A stretch of DNA of 64,000 bases from Vitrella brassicaformis CCMP3155 (Eukaryota > Protista > Chromerida): NCBI GenBank assembly GCA_001179505.1, contig CDMY01000415.1, positions 1 to 64,000 on the forward strand, read 5' to 3'. Shown piece by piece: positions 9,401-21,292 of this stretch. Numbering within the stretch: the first letter of the stretch is position 1; the number at the start of each line of letters is the position of its first letter. The translations under genes were made by a program, and so were the position numbers. Below the pieces are notes generated by a model. It was not told the origin of the DNA and did not search any database. It saw only the letters and a list, made by a program, of their open reading frames with translations.

Positions 9401-12400
9401 ATGGGTGTCGGAGAAACTGACCGAGAATGGCGTTCTGGGGCCATTCCTCGGTGAGTGAGTGAGTGAGTGTGAGCGAGAAACAAACAAACACCTCTCTCAT
9501 GAATGGCGGCAAGGGATGGATGTGCTTGGTACGTGTGTGTGTGTTGTGTTGTGTGCAGTGTGGCGAGTGGACGATGAGGAGGGCATCTTGCAGCCCCCAC
9601 GGCTTTACCGCAGCATCGACGCATACATGCTGGTAACTTGACTGATGGGTTGACTTAGACGCGATCTCACCCATCAGTGGTCTGTCTGTCTGTGTGGTCA
9701 GAATGTGCGTCCGTCGGTGGAGATCGAGTCGCAGGTGCTGCGGACCATCCCGCCCGGCACCGAGGTGGAGGTCTATGAACGGCGCCGCAACCAGGAGGGC
9801 ATCATGAGACTCAAACTATGCGACGGATGGATCAACGTAAGCAACCTGACTCAACCAACACCAGCCAACACACGCACCGCACTCTCCACGGATGCATTTG
9901 CGTCTCTCTCTGCTTCTTGGTCAGGAGCGTCGCCGCACCCCGGTGGCAGCGTCTTTCCCCCTGTGCAGCATCCCCTTCCGCCCCTCTCACGTGTCGTCCC
10001 ACTCCAAGCGCACCCGCCCCTCCCTCTCCCTCTCGTCCGCATCGCTCGCCAAGCCCTCATCGGTCAGCCCATCTCTCAGCCCGGCCGTGACGGCCACCAC
10101 CACCGTCAGCTCGTCAGCCGCCACCCCTTCCATGCTCCCCGTCGACAAGAGCACCAGCGGCGGCAGCGACCGATTCATGCGTGTGCTGCACTGGCCGTTC
10201 TGCGTCAAGGCCAAGAAGGCCCATGGCCATCACCTTCACCACGCCAAGAAGAGGAAGGGCGGCAAGAGGGGCGCCGGGTACACGTGCCTCAACCTGACGG
10301 CACACAACAAGAGCGGCGGTGGCCGCACACGGCTGGGCAGGTGCCGCAAGGTCAGCTGCGACTCCACACCCACCTCACGAGCATCGACAAGGAGCCCTCT
10401 CCCAGTGCCCACCCCCTCCCCAGCCGCCCACCCTTTGCCGTTGAGCCCGCCCCCGGCCGCCCTGCCCCCGCCCCTCCCTCCCCCTCCCTCTCCCCCCATC
10501 AGCCACCACGTGTCGGGCCAAAATGGGTCGACCCGATGGAGGTGGAAGTGGAGATGGAAGGCCCATGCCGACGCATCAGCGGCGACCAACGCACCCCCCC
10601 GTCCTTGCCATGGGAGGGGTGGCATCGGCGAGGCCATCATGCGGCTGTTCTCGCCTCACTCTCACACGGCCACCGCTGCTGGTGGTGCGGCCGTAGCGCC
10701 CTCGGCCCCGTCCGGTGGGTCCCGTGGGTTCAGCAAGGGCATGAGTGGGCTGTCGGTGACGATTCCCAAGAAGAGGAGCGCCGTGGACGTGCGGTCGACG
10801 GGCAGCAGCGCCAGCCCGCCCCCCTCCCTCCTGCCGACCTCCCCGAAGGAGGCCAAGGGGGCCAACGGCCGCGTCCTGCAGGCGGGGGACATCTTCGTGG
10901 TGCCCTGTGTGGACCTCAGGGGCTACGTGGAGGTCTACAAGCTCTACAAGGCCCTCAAGGACTACCACGCCCGGATGAGCGAGACGGGCACAGCGGTCTC
11001 CTCGCCCCTCGCCGCCATTGTGGAGGGCAACGCGATGGTGTCGTCGATGAGCGTCGTGGAGAGGGGCAGGAGGCCACTCACCATCACACGCGCGGCCACC
11101 GACCCGGATGGCCTGGTGCGGGGCATGGCGGCCAGCCGGTCGCTGTCTGCCTGGTCCCTGCCCCTCCCCTCCCCATTCGGGCAACACCGCGACACCAGCA
11201 AAGACATCGAGAGCAAAGAGGTGCCGCGGTGCGAGCGGGTGGAGCCGGGCAGCCGCGAGCACTCCTACATCGAGCTCATGGTGTCGTCGGCCCTCACCTC
11301 TCACCGGGAGACATTCCACTCGGCCATCTTCTGCCCGCCGCCCCAGGTCGACCTCCTCTACGTCGAACGCATTACCAACCCCTCGCTGCTGCGCAAATAC
11401 GCCGACATCTACCGCCAGACGTATGCCAGTCTGCATCAGATCCATCACAAGGGCGAGGAGGCTGGGGGGGTCGGTGTGGGTGTGGCCGGGGCTGCGGCGG
11501 AGCCATTGGTGCGGATGCGGTGTGACGCGACACAGCTGAACCCGCTGCTCAAGACCGACCTGGTGCGGCGTGGCGCGTGTGGTGGGGCTGATGGTGCAAG
11601 GGGTCACGTGTGTGAGGCCTTCCTGTACCACGGCTGCTCGTGGGTCAAGACACAGAGCATCTGCACCGAGGGCTTCAACTGCAGGTCGGTGGGTCGATAA
11701 CTGCACTGCATGACACACACACAAGGGCAGGCACCTCCGTCATGTCTTCCTCTCTCTCTGTCAGTTTTGCGGGTGGTCACCGCGGCAAGTTGTTTGGCGT
11801 GGGGACGTACTTTGCCGACACCTTCTCCAAGGCCGACCTCTACACGACGGCCGAGAAGCACGAGCAGCTGGGCGAGGACGGCGCCGCCGAGGAGCACGTC
11901 AGGTGCATGATCATCGCACGTGTCATACTCGGACACACATACAGATCCATCCGAGCCATGCCGGTACAACACACCAACAACAGGCCACCACTCGCCACAC
12001 CACGCCATCTCTCTGCGTGTCGTGTGTGCGTCGTTCGTTTGTTCAGGACGCGGTGACGCCTCCAAAGGTCGATCACCATCACGACCCGTCGTCCCAGTCC
12101 ACCGCCAAGCCGCCCCCCTCCCTCTCCCTCCGCAGCCCAAACTACTTCAAGAGACTACTCAGGGCGTCAGAGCAGAAGAACGGCGCCCACCACCACAAGA
12201 CCACCACAGGAGACGCCGAGACGACGGCCAGCAGCGGCCGGAGGGACGACACCATGGCCCTCTACACGCCCGTTGAGGTGAGGTGCGACCAGCTGACCGG
12301 CGGGGCGGGAGAGCTGGATGGGCCAGGTGTTGGTGGTGTTGGTGGGGTGGTGGTGGTGGGAGACGACAAGGGCGGCGGGTGCAGCACCACTGCCAGCAAC

Positions 12401-12707
12401 AGCGGCGTGGGCAACAAGAGGGGGAAGGAGATCGCCAGGACGCATGACTCGGTGCAGGCGAGCTCCTATAGGCACGGAGGTCAGTCAGTTTGTGAGCGAA
12501 TGAGATGAGCCTGGCCAGCAAGGCAAGCAAAGCGATGTTTGTTTGGTCTAATGATTTGGTTGTGTTGTGTGGAATGCAGGTGTGGTAGATCATTCCGAGT
12601 ACGTAGTGTACAACGGGCAGCAGGCGCTGCCGCTCTACGTCGTGTACTACCGACACAGGGCGGACTGCCGCTGCTCCGAGTGTGCTAAGATGCACAAGAA
12701 GACATGA
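6440..12707 (+). CDS. PARP-family ADP-ribosyltransferase with two SH3-like modules and C-terminal H-x3-C-x-C-x2-C tail (interrupted by gap and duplicated exons)
   Basis: Catalytic motifs VERITNPSLLRKY, EAFLYHG, GKLFGVGTYFADTFSKADLY, RCMIIARVILG, HDSV and HSEYVVYNGQQALPLYVVYY are present. Upstream modules are INVRESASLTSPRTLTLSPGT...RLKV...GWVSE and NVRPSVEIESQVLRTIPPGTEVEVYERR...RLKLCDGWI. Confidence 0.85.
8050..9834 (+). repeat. Near-identical duplication of PARP-gene exons across N gap (~8055-8804 vs 9105-~9834)
   Basis: The same exons appear twice with a few substitutions (gacctggtg vs gactgggtg) and different intron lengths, separated by ~300 N. Confidence 0.8.
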
Positions 12708-15700
12708 ATGACACACATGACACACATAGCCCAGCCACCGCACCATTCCCATGCACACAGACAGACCAGCGGCATGGCACGGATGGCTGCTAGGTAGCAA
12801 CGTAGATGAGTGAGTGAGTGAGCTGCCTAGATAGCTAACCGACAGGCAGGCAGATAGAGGGAGGGATGCCGTACTTTGGTTGCTACGCTACGTACGTATG
12901 ATTGTTTTTTCTTACGGTAGTAGTAAATGTCTGTGGCGTGCAGCGATAGTCAGTGTGCGTGCGGGGAGGGAGGGAGGGAGGGGCGGGNNNNNNNNNNNNN
13001 NNNNNNNNNNNNNNNNNNNNNNNNNNNNNNNNNNNNNNNNNNNNNNNNNNNNNNNNNNNNNNNNNNNNNNNNNNNNNNNNNNNNNNNNNNNNNNNNNNNN
13101 NNNNNNNNNNNNNNNNNNNNNNNNNNNNNNNNNNNNNNNNNNNNNNNNNNNNNNNNNNNNNNNNNNNNNNNNNNNNNNNNNNNNNNNNNNNNNNNNNNNN
13201 NNNNNNNNNNNNNNNNNNNNNNNNNNNNNNNNNNNNNNNNNNNNNNNNNNNNNNNNNNNNNNNNNNNNNNNNNNNNNNNNNNNNNNNGGGAGGGGCGGGT
13301 GGAGGGCATCGCTGGGCGCCTTGGTGCGGTGCGGTGCGTTGCGGTGCGGTGCGTAGCTTGGGTAGCCATCCACTCCACGGTACTAACTCAGTCGGTCACT
13401 CACTCGCTCCCCATCATCGTCCGTCCGTCATCGTCAGCTTCTTCCTTCTGTGTAGATACCAACACACATACACTATGTCCACTGAGGGCCCGCCTGAGTG
13501 CTTTCAACCAGCGGCCCGCCTGCCCGCCTGCCTGCCTGAGACCACCCCACCTAGAGCTCTGCCTCTCTGTCTGTCTGTCTACCTCCGTCTGTCTTGTGTG
13601 CGTTTGTGCCTTTCAACGGCTGGCTGGGCAGGAAGGAGGGAGGGTTGCGGGTCACATCTCGACGCGCGCATGATACGTATTTGTTCGTACTCTGTCTGGC
13701 TGTCCGTGTGTATGTATGTGTGTGTATGTGTGCCTGTCTGCTGTTTTTGGTCCGTCTGTCCGTCCGTCAGCCAGCCAGTCTAGTGCAGCCAGCAGCACAA
13801 ACAAAGCAGCCATTGCGCCCAGTTCCTTCAGCTCAGCTTCCCCCGGTCGAGCGTGTGTGCGTGCACGCCCGAGGGAAGGGTCCTGTAAATACAAACGAAG
13901 AAAGAGGGAAGGCGAGGGAGGCCTTTTGTGTGTGGGTCCATGTGCCATCCTATGTGCCATGCATTTCATTCTCATTATGTGTCGGGTACTCTGCCTCTCT
14001 GTCTGTCTGTCTGTCTGTCTGTATCGGAGATTGGGAGAGGGGAGGGGAAGGGGACAGCGCAATTGAGCACACGAGCATGCGTGTGTGCATCATGTGTGGG
14101 TGGATTTAGCTATCCAGCTGTCTGTCCGCCATTTCTGTCACCATCCACCCACCCACTCGACCCTTTTCTCGCATTCATTCCTTCATGTCACTCACAGTAC
14201 GAACGTACGGTCCTTTTGTGTGTCAGAAGGGATGGATGGATGGATGGGGCGGCATGGGGAGGGATGCACAGATGAAGGGACAGAGGGATCGATGGACGGC
14301 CATTTTTTTCTGTAGTATATGGCACAAGACAACTCAGCACAGCACGAGAGAGAGCGACAGAGAGCATCGCACCACAGACAGACAGACGACAGGCCCACGC
14401 GTGTCTTTCTTGACCCGGGCCGCATCTATCTAGCGAATCTCACCCCCGCCCTCCCTGCCTCCCTCCCCCCCCTCTTTGTTTCCATTATGTGTGTATGCCA
14501 CAACACAAGGCAGGCCTCTCACTGACTGACTGACTGACTTGTCTGTGTACAGTAAGTACGCTGAGCGCTCCTCACTCACTCACTCACTCGTGCTGAATGA
14601 TCGAGATCGATGGGTCGATACGATGCGATGCGATGCGATCGATGAGTGGACACATTTCTCCCCTCGGGCCTTGGTTCCTTCGTACTTTCTTCAGGTGTAT
14701 GTACACTAACTATATGTACGACACTGTCTGTCTTGATTGACACAATGGGATGCGATAGCTGGCGGGTCGGTGGGTGCATGTGCTGACTGACACAGACCCA
14801 GCAGTCAGACCCATGCCCATCTCTCTGTGTGTGTGTGTGTGTGTGTGTGTCTCTTCCTGCGGTCCGGTCCTCTTTTTCTCTCTCACCATCTATAGTCACT
14901 GTCTACACCCAATCGCACGCAGCCAGTGGCACACCAGAGCAGACTGAGCCACAGACAGACAGGACGGACAGACGGAGACATCCTCTTCCTCCCTCCCTCC
15001 CTGCCTCCCTCGGTAGCCGTATGTATGTACGTGTATGTCTGTGTATGTATTGTCGTCCCTTCAATTAGTCCTTGCTCTTCTCTCCAGGAGGGAGGGAATT
15101 AGCCAGCCAGCCAGCCAGCCAGCCATCCAGGCATCTCTCTTTCTTCGCGGCCCGCCAAAGACAGACAGACCTACAGAGCGGCCCCCGTCCAGTGAGTGCG
15201 CAACAGAGAGCTGGAGTAGTTAGCCTAGCCTGTGTAGGGGGTGGGGCGGTCGGTCGGTCGGTCTGGTGGTGGTTTATGGTCTTTGTTGCAGTCAGTCAAT
15301 GAATGCAGACACTCACGCACGCACGCCGCGCTGTCTGACAGTTGCCACCCAGCCACAGACCCACACGGATGGCTGTCTGGATCTGGCTGCATCCATATGA
15401 TTTTTCAATGCACATGTCTGTCTGTCTGTCTGTCTGTCGAGAGAGAGGGGACCGACTGTCAATTCGAGAAGAGCGGACCGCCGTGTACGTACGTCTGTCT
15501 GTCTGCCTGCCTCCCTGTCTCAGCGCATCCTTCTTATGTGTGTGTGTGTGAGTGGTCGGTGAATGTGGCCGGATGAGGCTGCATGGCATGGATTCTCTGC
15601 GAGAGAGACTCGCTGCTACCGAGTACTGACTGACTTGGACGTCGCATGTCTATAGAAATATACCGTATATCCAACCAGCAACACAAACCAACACGAGCGA

Positions 15701-15912
15701 GACCGACTGTTTGATAGTAGATGTGTGGGATGGATGCGCTTTGGTGACGTATGCGGCACATGAAGACACACAGACACATTGCGGCGTCAGTCTATTCATC
15801 CCCCCACAAAAAATGCATCAGTCCGTCCAGAGAGCATGTCAGCATCTATCCATAGGCATGCAGCACCGTTTGGCCCTCCCAGCGACGCAGCTGCTCTCAC
15901 AGAAGATCCACT

Positions 15913-16417
15913 TCAGAAAGATGTCGAGTGAGTCGCCCGGTCTGCCTGTTTGGCCTCGGTGGAGTCCAGCAGAGGTGTCGCCAGCTGCACACCTGTGTTT
16001 GCCGCTGCCGCACTTGTCGAGGTGGCCGACTCCCGCGCTGTCCTGCTCACAGACGAAGACAGCAACAAAGGATGACAACCAGAATGTGTCAACGGGCGAT
16101 ATGTCAGCCAGTCACTGTGAGCCCTTACCTGACGCCATCGTCGCCTCGGCCTTCGGCGCTCTCTGAGGGCCTGACAAACAAACACACAGGGCGGCAATCA
16201 GCCACTCTAATGTGAATACCAAGTTGTGGTTGGCTCACCTGCGGCGGTTTCCTTGCTTCTTTCCTATCGCCTCAGCCACCTCTCGGAAGGCCGCCTCGTT
16301 GATCAGGGAGCCGTCGTCGTTGACGAGGCTCGCGAGTTTCCGAAAGTCCTTCCTCGTCAGCTTACGTGAGTCGACCTTGTACTCCACAGGCGGACAGTGG
16401 ACCAAGAGATTGCCCAT
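15913..16417 (-). CDS. Small MGNLLVHCPP protein, copy B (altered C-terminus)
   Basis: MGNLLVHCPPVEYKVDSRKLTRKDFRKLASLVNDDGSLINEAAFREVAEAIGKK with the same introns as copy A. It ends STEAKQADRATHSTSF*. Confidence 0.5.
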
Positions 16418-16554
16418 CGTGGCACCATACTTGGGTTCCTTCTCTCCCCAGTGGAGGGGAGTCAACCAGCTGAAAATGACCTCGAGACCCATCCACCCAA
16501 TACACATCAGCTCCGCGTTCAGCAGGTGTCTTCAAGTGTCCCCAACACCTGGCG

Positions 16555-16810
16555 GCTCTAGCTGTTTTGGATCTGAGCAGATCTGCTCACCCATTGTCAG
16601 ATCCAGACAGATCCTGACCTTCTCGTCGCACAGCGGTTTCCGTCGCACATGCGAGCTACTCACCGCAGAAGCAGAAGTGAAGCAGCGCAGAAGTAAAGGC
16701 TTATGTGTTGGCGTGTGTTGGGTGCAGGTGTGGTGTGTGGCCTTGGCGTCATGAGTCATCGTGGGAAGCGATCCGAATTGGAAAGGAAGAGAACGAGCGG
16801 AGAGGATCAT
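16555..16810 (-). repeat. Shared upstream element, copy 2
   Basis: The reverse complement of the 49-nt core lies at 16571-16619, plus the cggatcgct and caccaca.ctgcac motifs. Confidence 0.75.
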
Positions 16811-16938
16811 GTCCAGCGCGTCTTGCTACACCTGCCTGCCTGCCTGCCTGCATCTACGTGCCTGCCGGCCGGTCTTATCCCGTCGCTTGCTCCGCCTCAT
16901 TGTCCCTCTGACTCACTCACTCGCCACTGCTTGCAATC

Positions 16939-18891
16939 ATGCAGCCGGGGCTCTTCAGTATTCTTGGTCTGCTTCAGCTGGTGCTGCTGCTGCCGAGCGG
17001 CTATCCCATGTCGGTGACGGCACAAGTTGGCAACACGGCAAAGACGACCCTGTCAACACAGGAGGTAGGTACCGTCACACATGGACGAGAGAGCAGCGAT
17101 TCGTCCATCAGTCAGTCACGGAACTCTGCGTGCGTGCGTGTGTTGTGTGGGTGCAGGCGAGTCAGACCCAGGAGGGAGATGAGAACGCTGAGCAAGGTTT
17201 GCACCGATCAGATCCACAGCAGGCATATGCAGGGCCGCTCGGCTGCATGAGATGCACGACTGACTGACTGACTGACTCGACTGTCCTGTCTGTCCTGTCT
17301 GTGTTGTGTGTCTGCGTTTCCTCGGCCGGCCCCGTGTGGCAGGCGCCTGAAGTACGACCAGTCGACGTACTGGGGTCGTTTGCAGCACTTCATCGAGCTG
17401 ATAAACCCATCGCTGCTACTGAAGACCTCCCAAGAATTGCTTCAAGCGCAGGCGGTTGTTGATGACTTCAAGAAGTGAGATGGAACTACCGAATGAGCCC
17501 CCACCTCTCACGTGCTTTGCTTGTGTTGCCTATAGTCGGACCACCATGTCACCATCTCCTGATTCGTCGGAGCTCGAGAGGCTATGGGAAGCGCAGACGC
17601 TTTTGGATGCCAGTGTGCATCCCCAGACCCACGAGCCCATCCCCCTCCCCCTCCGACTGGCCGCATTCGTGCCTGTCAACATACCCATTATTTCAGGTGG
17701 GCGAGGCACTGCCATATACACATACAGCTCTGCATCTTCCTGCAGGCATGTTGTTGAGTCCCGTCACGGTCGCCAATGCTGCTCTCTGGCAATGGGTACG
17801 TACGGCGGGTGGACAGCCAGTCAGTCGGCACAACTCACCCGTCGTTGGCTGTTCTGTCCACACACTGTAGGTCAACCAAACGTACAATGCTCTGTTCAAC
17901 TGGGCCAACTCGAACAAGTCCAAGGATCCGTCCGATGAGGAAGGCGACGAGGAGACTGCAAACAGTCTTATAGCTTATGGGTAGGCACTCACACAGCAGA
18001 GGGAACACCATGGACCACAGAAGCTATGAATTCGCCTCTCCCGTGTGCGTCTGTCAGGTTAGCCACAGCGGTGTCTGTCGGCTTGGCCGTGGGCCTGAAT
18101 GAAGGCCTCAAGAGAGCCACACTCTCGCCCGGCATCAGGTAGATGGTGGAATGGCGGAGACGGAAGGTCGCAGGCATGTTTGATTCTGTCTGCACATTCA
18201 ACTGAATGTCACCTGGCTTCCGTCAGGACTGTGCTCCAGTGGGTGGTTCCGTTTACGGCAGTGGCAGGTGCTGGCGTCCTCAATGCTCTGCTCATGAGAA
18301 GCAACGAACTCATTGAAGTGAGTGAGCCATAACCACATTTCACAATCCAACGTCAGTCAGATCCATGAGTCACCGGCTCTCGTTTCCCGTTTCAGGGCAT
18401 TCCCGTCGAGGTAAATCGTAGAAGAAAAACGCAGGCGTCAAAACACACGTGCTTGTGTTGCCTGTTCTTAGGACTCGTCCGGTCGAACGCTCGGCAGATC
18501 CCAGCTGGCAGCCAGATACGCACTCACACAAGTGGCCATATCCCGAATCGTTTTGCCGGCTCCCGCCCTGATCCTGCCTCCCCCGCTCATCGCCCTTGCC
18601 CTCAGGATACCGCTCGTCAGCAAGAGCAAAGCCTTGAAGGTAGCATACATATTGAAATGAGCCCTCTCAGTGTCTGTCCACACATATATATGTGTCTTCT
18701 TGTTTCTTGTATAGGTGCTTATCGAGGTGAGCGTAATCTCGTTGGGTCTGTGGGGCGGCTTGCCTGCCGCCGTGGCCCTGTTTCCTCAGAAGATGGAGCT
18801 GTCTGCCACTGCTCTGGAGCCGTCATTTCATGGTCTGATGACTGAAGATGGGGAGCCGGTCAAAGAGGTCTTCCTAAATAAGGGATTGTAG
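16939..18891 (+). CDS. SFXN: Sideroflexin (tricarboxylate/serine carrier family) copy B, ~11 exons, apparent 1-nt frameshift near 17343-17352
   Basis: Exons encode KYDQSTYWGRLQHF, LWEAQTLLDASVHPQT, LAAFVPVNIPI, LWQWVNQTYNALFNWAN, VPFTAVAGAGVLNALLMRSNEL, QVAISRI, LPAAVALFPQ and the terminal VFLNKGL*, all sideroflexin hallmarks. Confidence 0.9.
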
Positions 18892-19948
18892 GCAGGCAGG
18901 CCATGGATCGGGAGGGGAGGACGATCGGATTGTAGCCGGCTGAATTCAGCTCGTTCTCGTGTGTTTGTTTCTGCTGCTTCATAGTGCAGATCTTGCACTA
19001 CACTATGTGTGTGTGTGCATCCCTTCGTCACTCGTTTTTTGCTGTCCTTTTTCTGGGCTTCCGTCATGTCGCGGCGTGCGTGTGCTGTGCAATGCACTCC
19101 TGTAATACATGCCCTCTCACGTATGCATGTTTCTGGTGATGCGCTGCGTACGGCTGTCTGTCTCTCCGGGCCTGCTTGTGCAAAAACTACTGTGGCTCTG
19201 TCGCCGCCTTTTGCCTCTGTTGCGGCGGACACAAAAGGGTACGCATGATTGATATACATACAGGTTTGGCTGTCTGGCCATCGATCGATGGATGGATGGA
19301 TTTGCTGACGGGTGCTTGCTTGGACAGGGATCCCGTCTCAGGAGGGCGGTCCCCTGGACGGCCCTCACTGCCTTTGACACATGGACATAGTAGGTATCTC
19401 AATGATGTCTGACAGCGAGGTGGCAGGGCAGGACTTTTTGTCTGTCTGTCTGTCTGTCTGTTTCCTCCAAGCTGGAGGAATGATCTTTGAGATATTTCCT
19501 ACGTACGCGCGTGAGCGCGCTGCTTGAGGAGAAGAATGACACGTGTGAGCTAAGCTTGTGTGCCCGTGTGTTGCGTGCTGCGTGCGTCAATCAGTCGGCC
19601 AGTCAGCTATGCTCCAGCAGCGAGTGTTGAATTTTTGACTCGCCCATTGTGTGTCGGTGCGTGTGGGTGTGTGTATGGGTTTGGAGCGCTGGATGTGTCG
19701 TGAAATGCACGACGGCGGGACGCCCGATGGGGTAGGCGATACTGACAAAGGGATTCGATCAACCACTGGACATGAGCACCGCAAGCGCGTCCATCTGTAC
19801 AAGAATCAAGAATTACACACACATGTATCCGTGTCTCACACACACACGCACATACACCTACACACACTAGCCCCGCCTGCTATCCACAAATGCATCCCTC
19901 CCTCTCCCATCCCCTCGACGTCAACCAATCAATCACTCACTCACACGC

Positions 19949-20997
19949 TCACTGCAGCTGGACCCTGCGTCGCTTGTGCGGCCGGCCGGATGGCGAGAGT
20001 GGCGCCTCGCTCCTGCCGTCATCATCGGCCAGCACCGCCTCCACCACACCAATCATCACATATGCGCTTTCATACGCAGCACTCCCCAGCGCCCGTATCA
20101 CCCAGCTCTTGTCGGCCGCATAACGGGCGAGCACCTTCAACCAACCGAGAGAACAACCAGCACAGGGGCATCCATCCATCCATCCATACGGCCACGTACG
20201 AGCCACCCACCCAATTGATTGTACCTTTGCAAAGGGCACTATGTCCCGCTTGTGGGCCTCCATGAGGCTCGGCGCTTCGCGCCTCGCCTTCGCTCCCCCC
20301 ACCTGTCCATCTGCTGCTCACGATCCCATCCGCTCATCCACGCCGTCAGCACACGAAGGGGGGACACCCCGTCCGCCGTCATGTTGGCCAGATACACAGC
20401 CATGAGCTCAGACACCTACACCCAGCCAGCCAGCCAGCCACGCACGCAGCGGCAGCAACAAGCACACATTCCAATGAACAACGGATTGAACCAGTGAGTG
20501 CGCCAGGCACTCGCTGCTCGGGCGTACCTTTCGTGTGATGGCGCCTCCGATGGTCTGGATGTCCCACCAGGCCCCCGCGCGAATCATCATGCGCAGGCAG
20601 TGCAGCACCAGGCACCGCATCGGATAATGGTGGATGGTCATGGGGGGCCCTGAGGTGCTGCAGCTGGGTGTCGTCGCGATCGCTGAATGCTCTGCGCTCC
20701 TCGTCGGTGTCAAAGAGCACCGTGTTGGCCTTGCTGCAGCCGAGGATGCCCACATTGAAGATGGGCATGCTAGAGTCGGTGTCGGGGTCCTCATGACCAA
20801 GCATGAAGCCCCCGCGGCACAGGACCAGCGGCTCCCCTTCGTCGGTGACGTCGTCGCCCGTCTCCACCGATGTGTCCGGCACCGAGTAGCAGGACACCGA
20901 ATCGGGCCGGATGATCGGCTGGTGGACGCGGGTGGAGATTTCGACAGTGCGGACGTCCTTGACAGGCAGCTCCGCGCTGTTCTGGACAAGTGGATTG
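19949..20997 (-). CDS. CPSF1: CPSF160 C-terminal exons (apparent frameshift at G6 run 20642-20647)
   Basis: GEPLVLCRGGFMLG resembles GMRLLRRADFHVG, YLANMTADGVSPLR resembles LPHHAGLNPRAFR, and RDIVPFAKVLARY resembles RNVLDGELLNRY. Splice phases are consistent down to QLQ* at 19949. Confidence 0.65.
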
Positions 20998-21292
20998 CTG
21001 CACACACACACAGACACACACATGGTCTGCACACACACACAGGAAACACACAGCGGCATGACAATCGCCCATTGACGGCTCTCCGAGTGGGCACCTCCAC
21101 CCACCTCCATCTCATAGGGGTCTCCGTGATCGGCCATCCGCCAAAGTGCTCCTGCGATGCTGTTTGGTCTTTGGCGACAGACCAACACGCACATTTAGAC
21201 CAACACGCACACGTGACTTCTGTCTGTGTCCATTTGTCTTTGTTCATCATGACGTTGGCATTGTTGGCCGCCACATTCATTCCCCTCCTTTA

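Larger units (their letters stand above)
15861..17590 (-). repeat. Inverted segmental duplicate of positions 1-1790
   Basis: The reverse complement aligns by eye through the sideroflexin 5' exons, the upstream element and the MGNLL gene, with scattered substitutions and indels. Confidence 0.9.

Noticed and set aside
8050-9834. Apparent four SH3-like repeats in the PARP gene
   Set aside because: The second pair duplicates the first across an N gap with allele-level differences, so it is more likely a haplotype artefact.
9705-11724. 606-aa plus-strand and 382-aa minus-strand long ORFs
   Set aside because: These are alternative-frame and antisense shadows of the GC-rich PARP exon. The 9892-11700 frame carries the PARP motifs.
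12720-15850. Many 60-170 aa ORFs in the long intergenic stretch
   Set aside because: They are microsatellite-derived (CVCV, LSVCLS), with no coding bias or coherent splice pattern.
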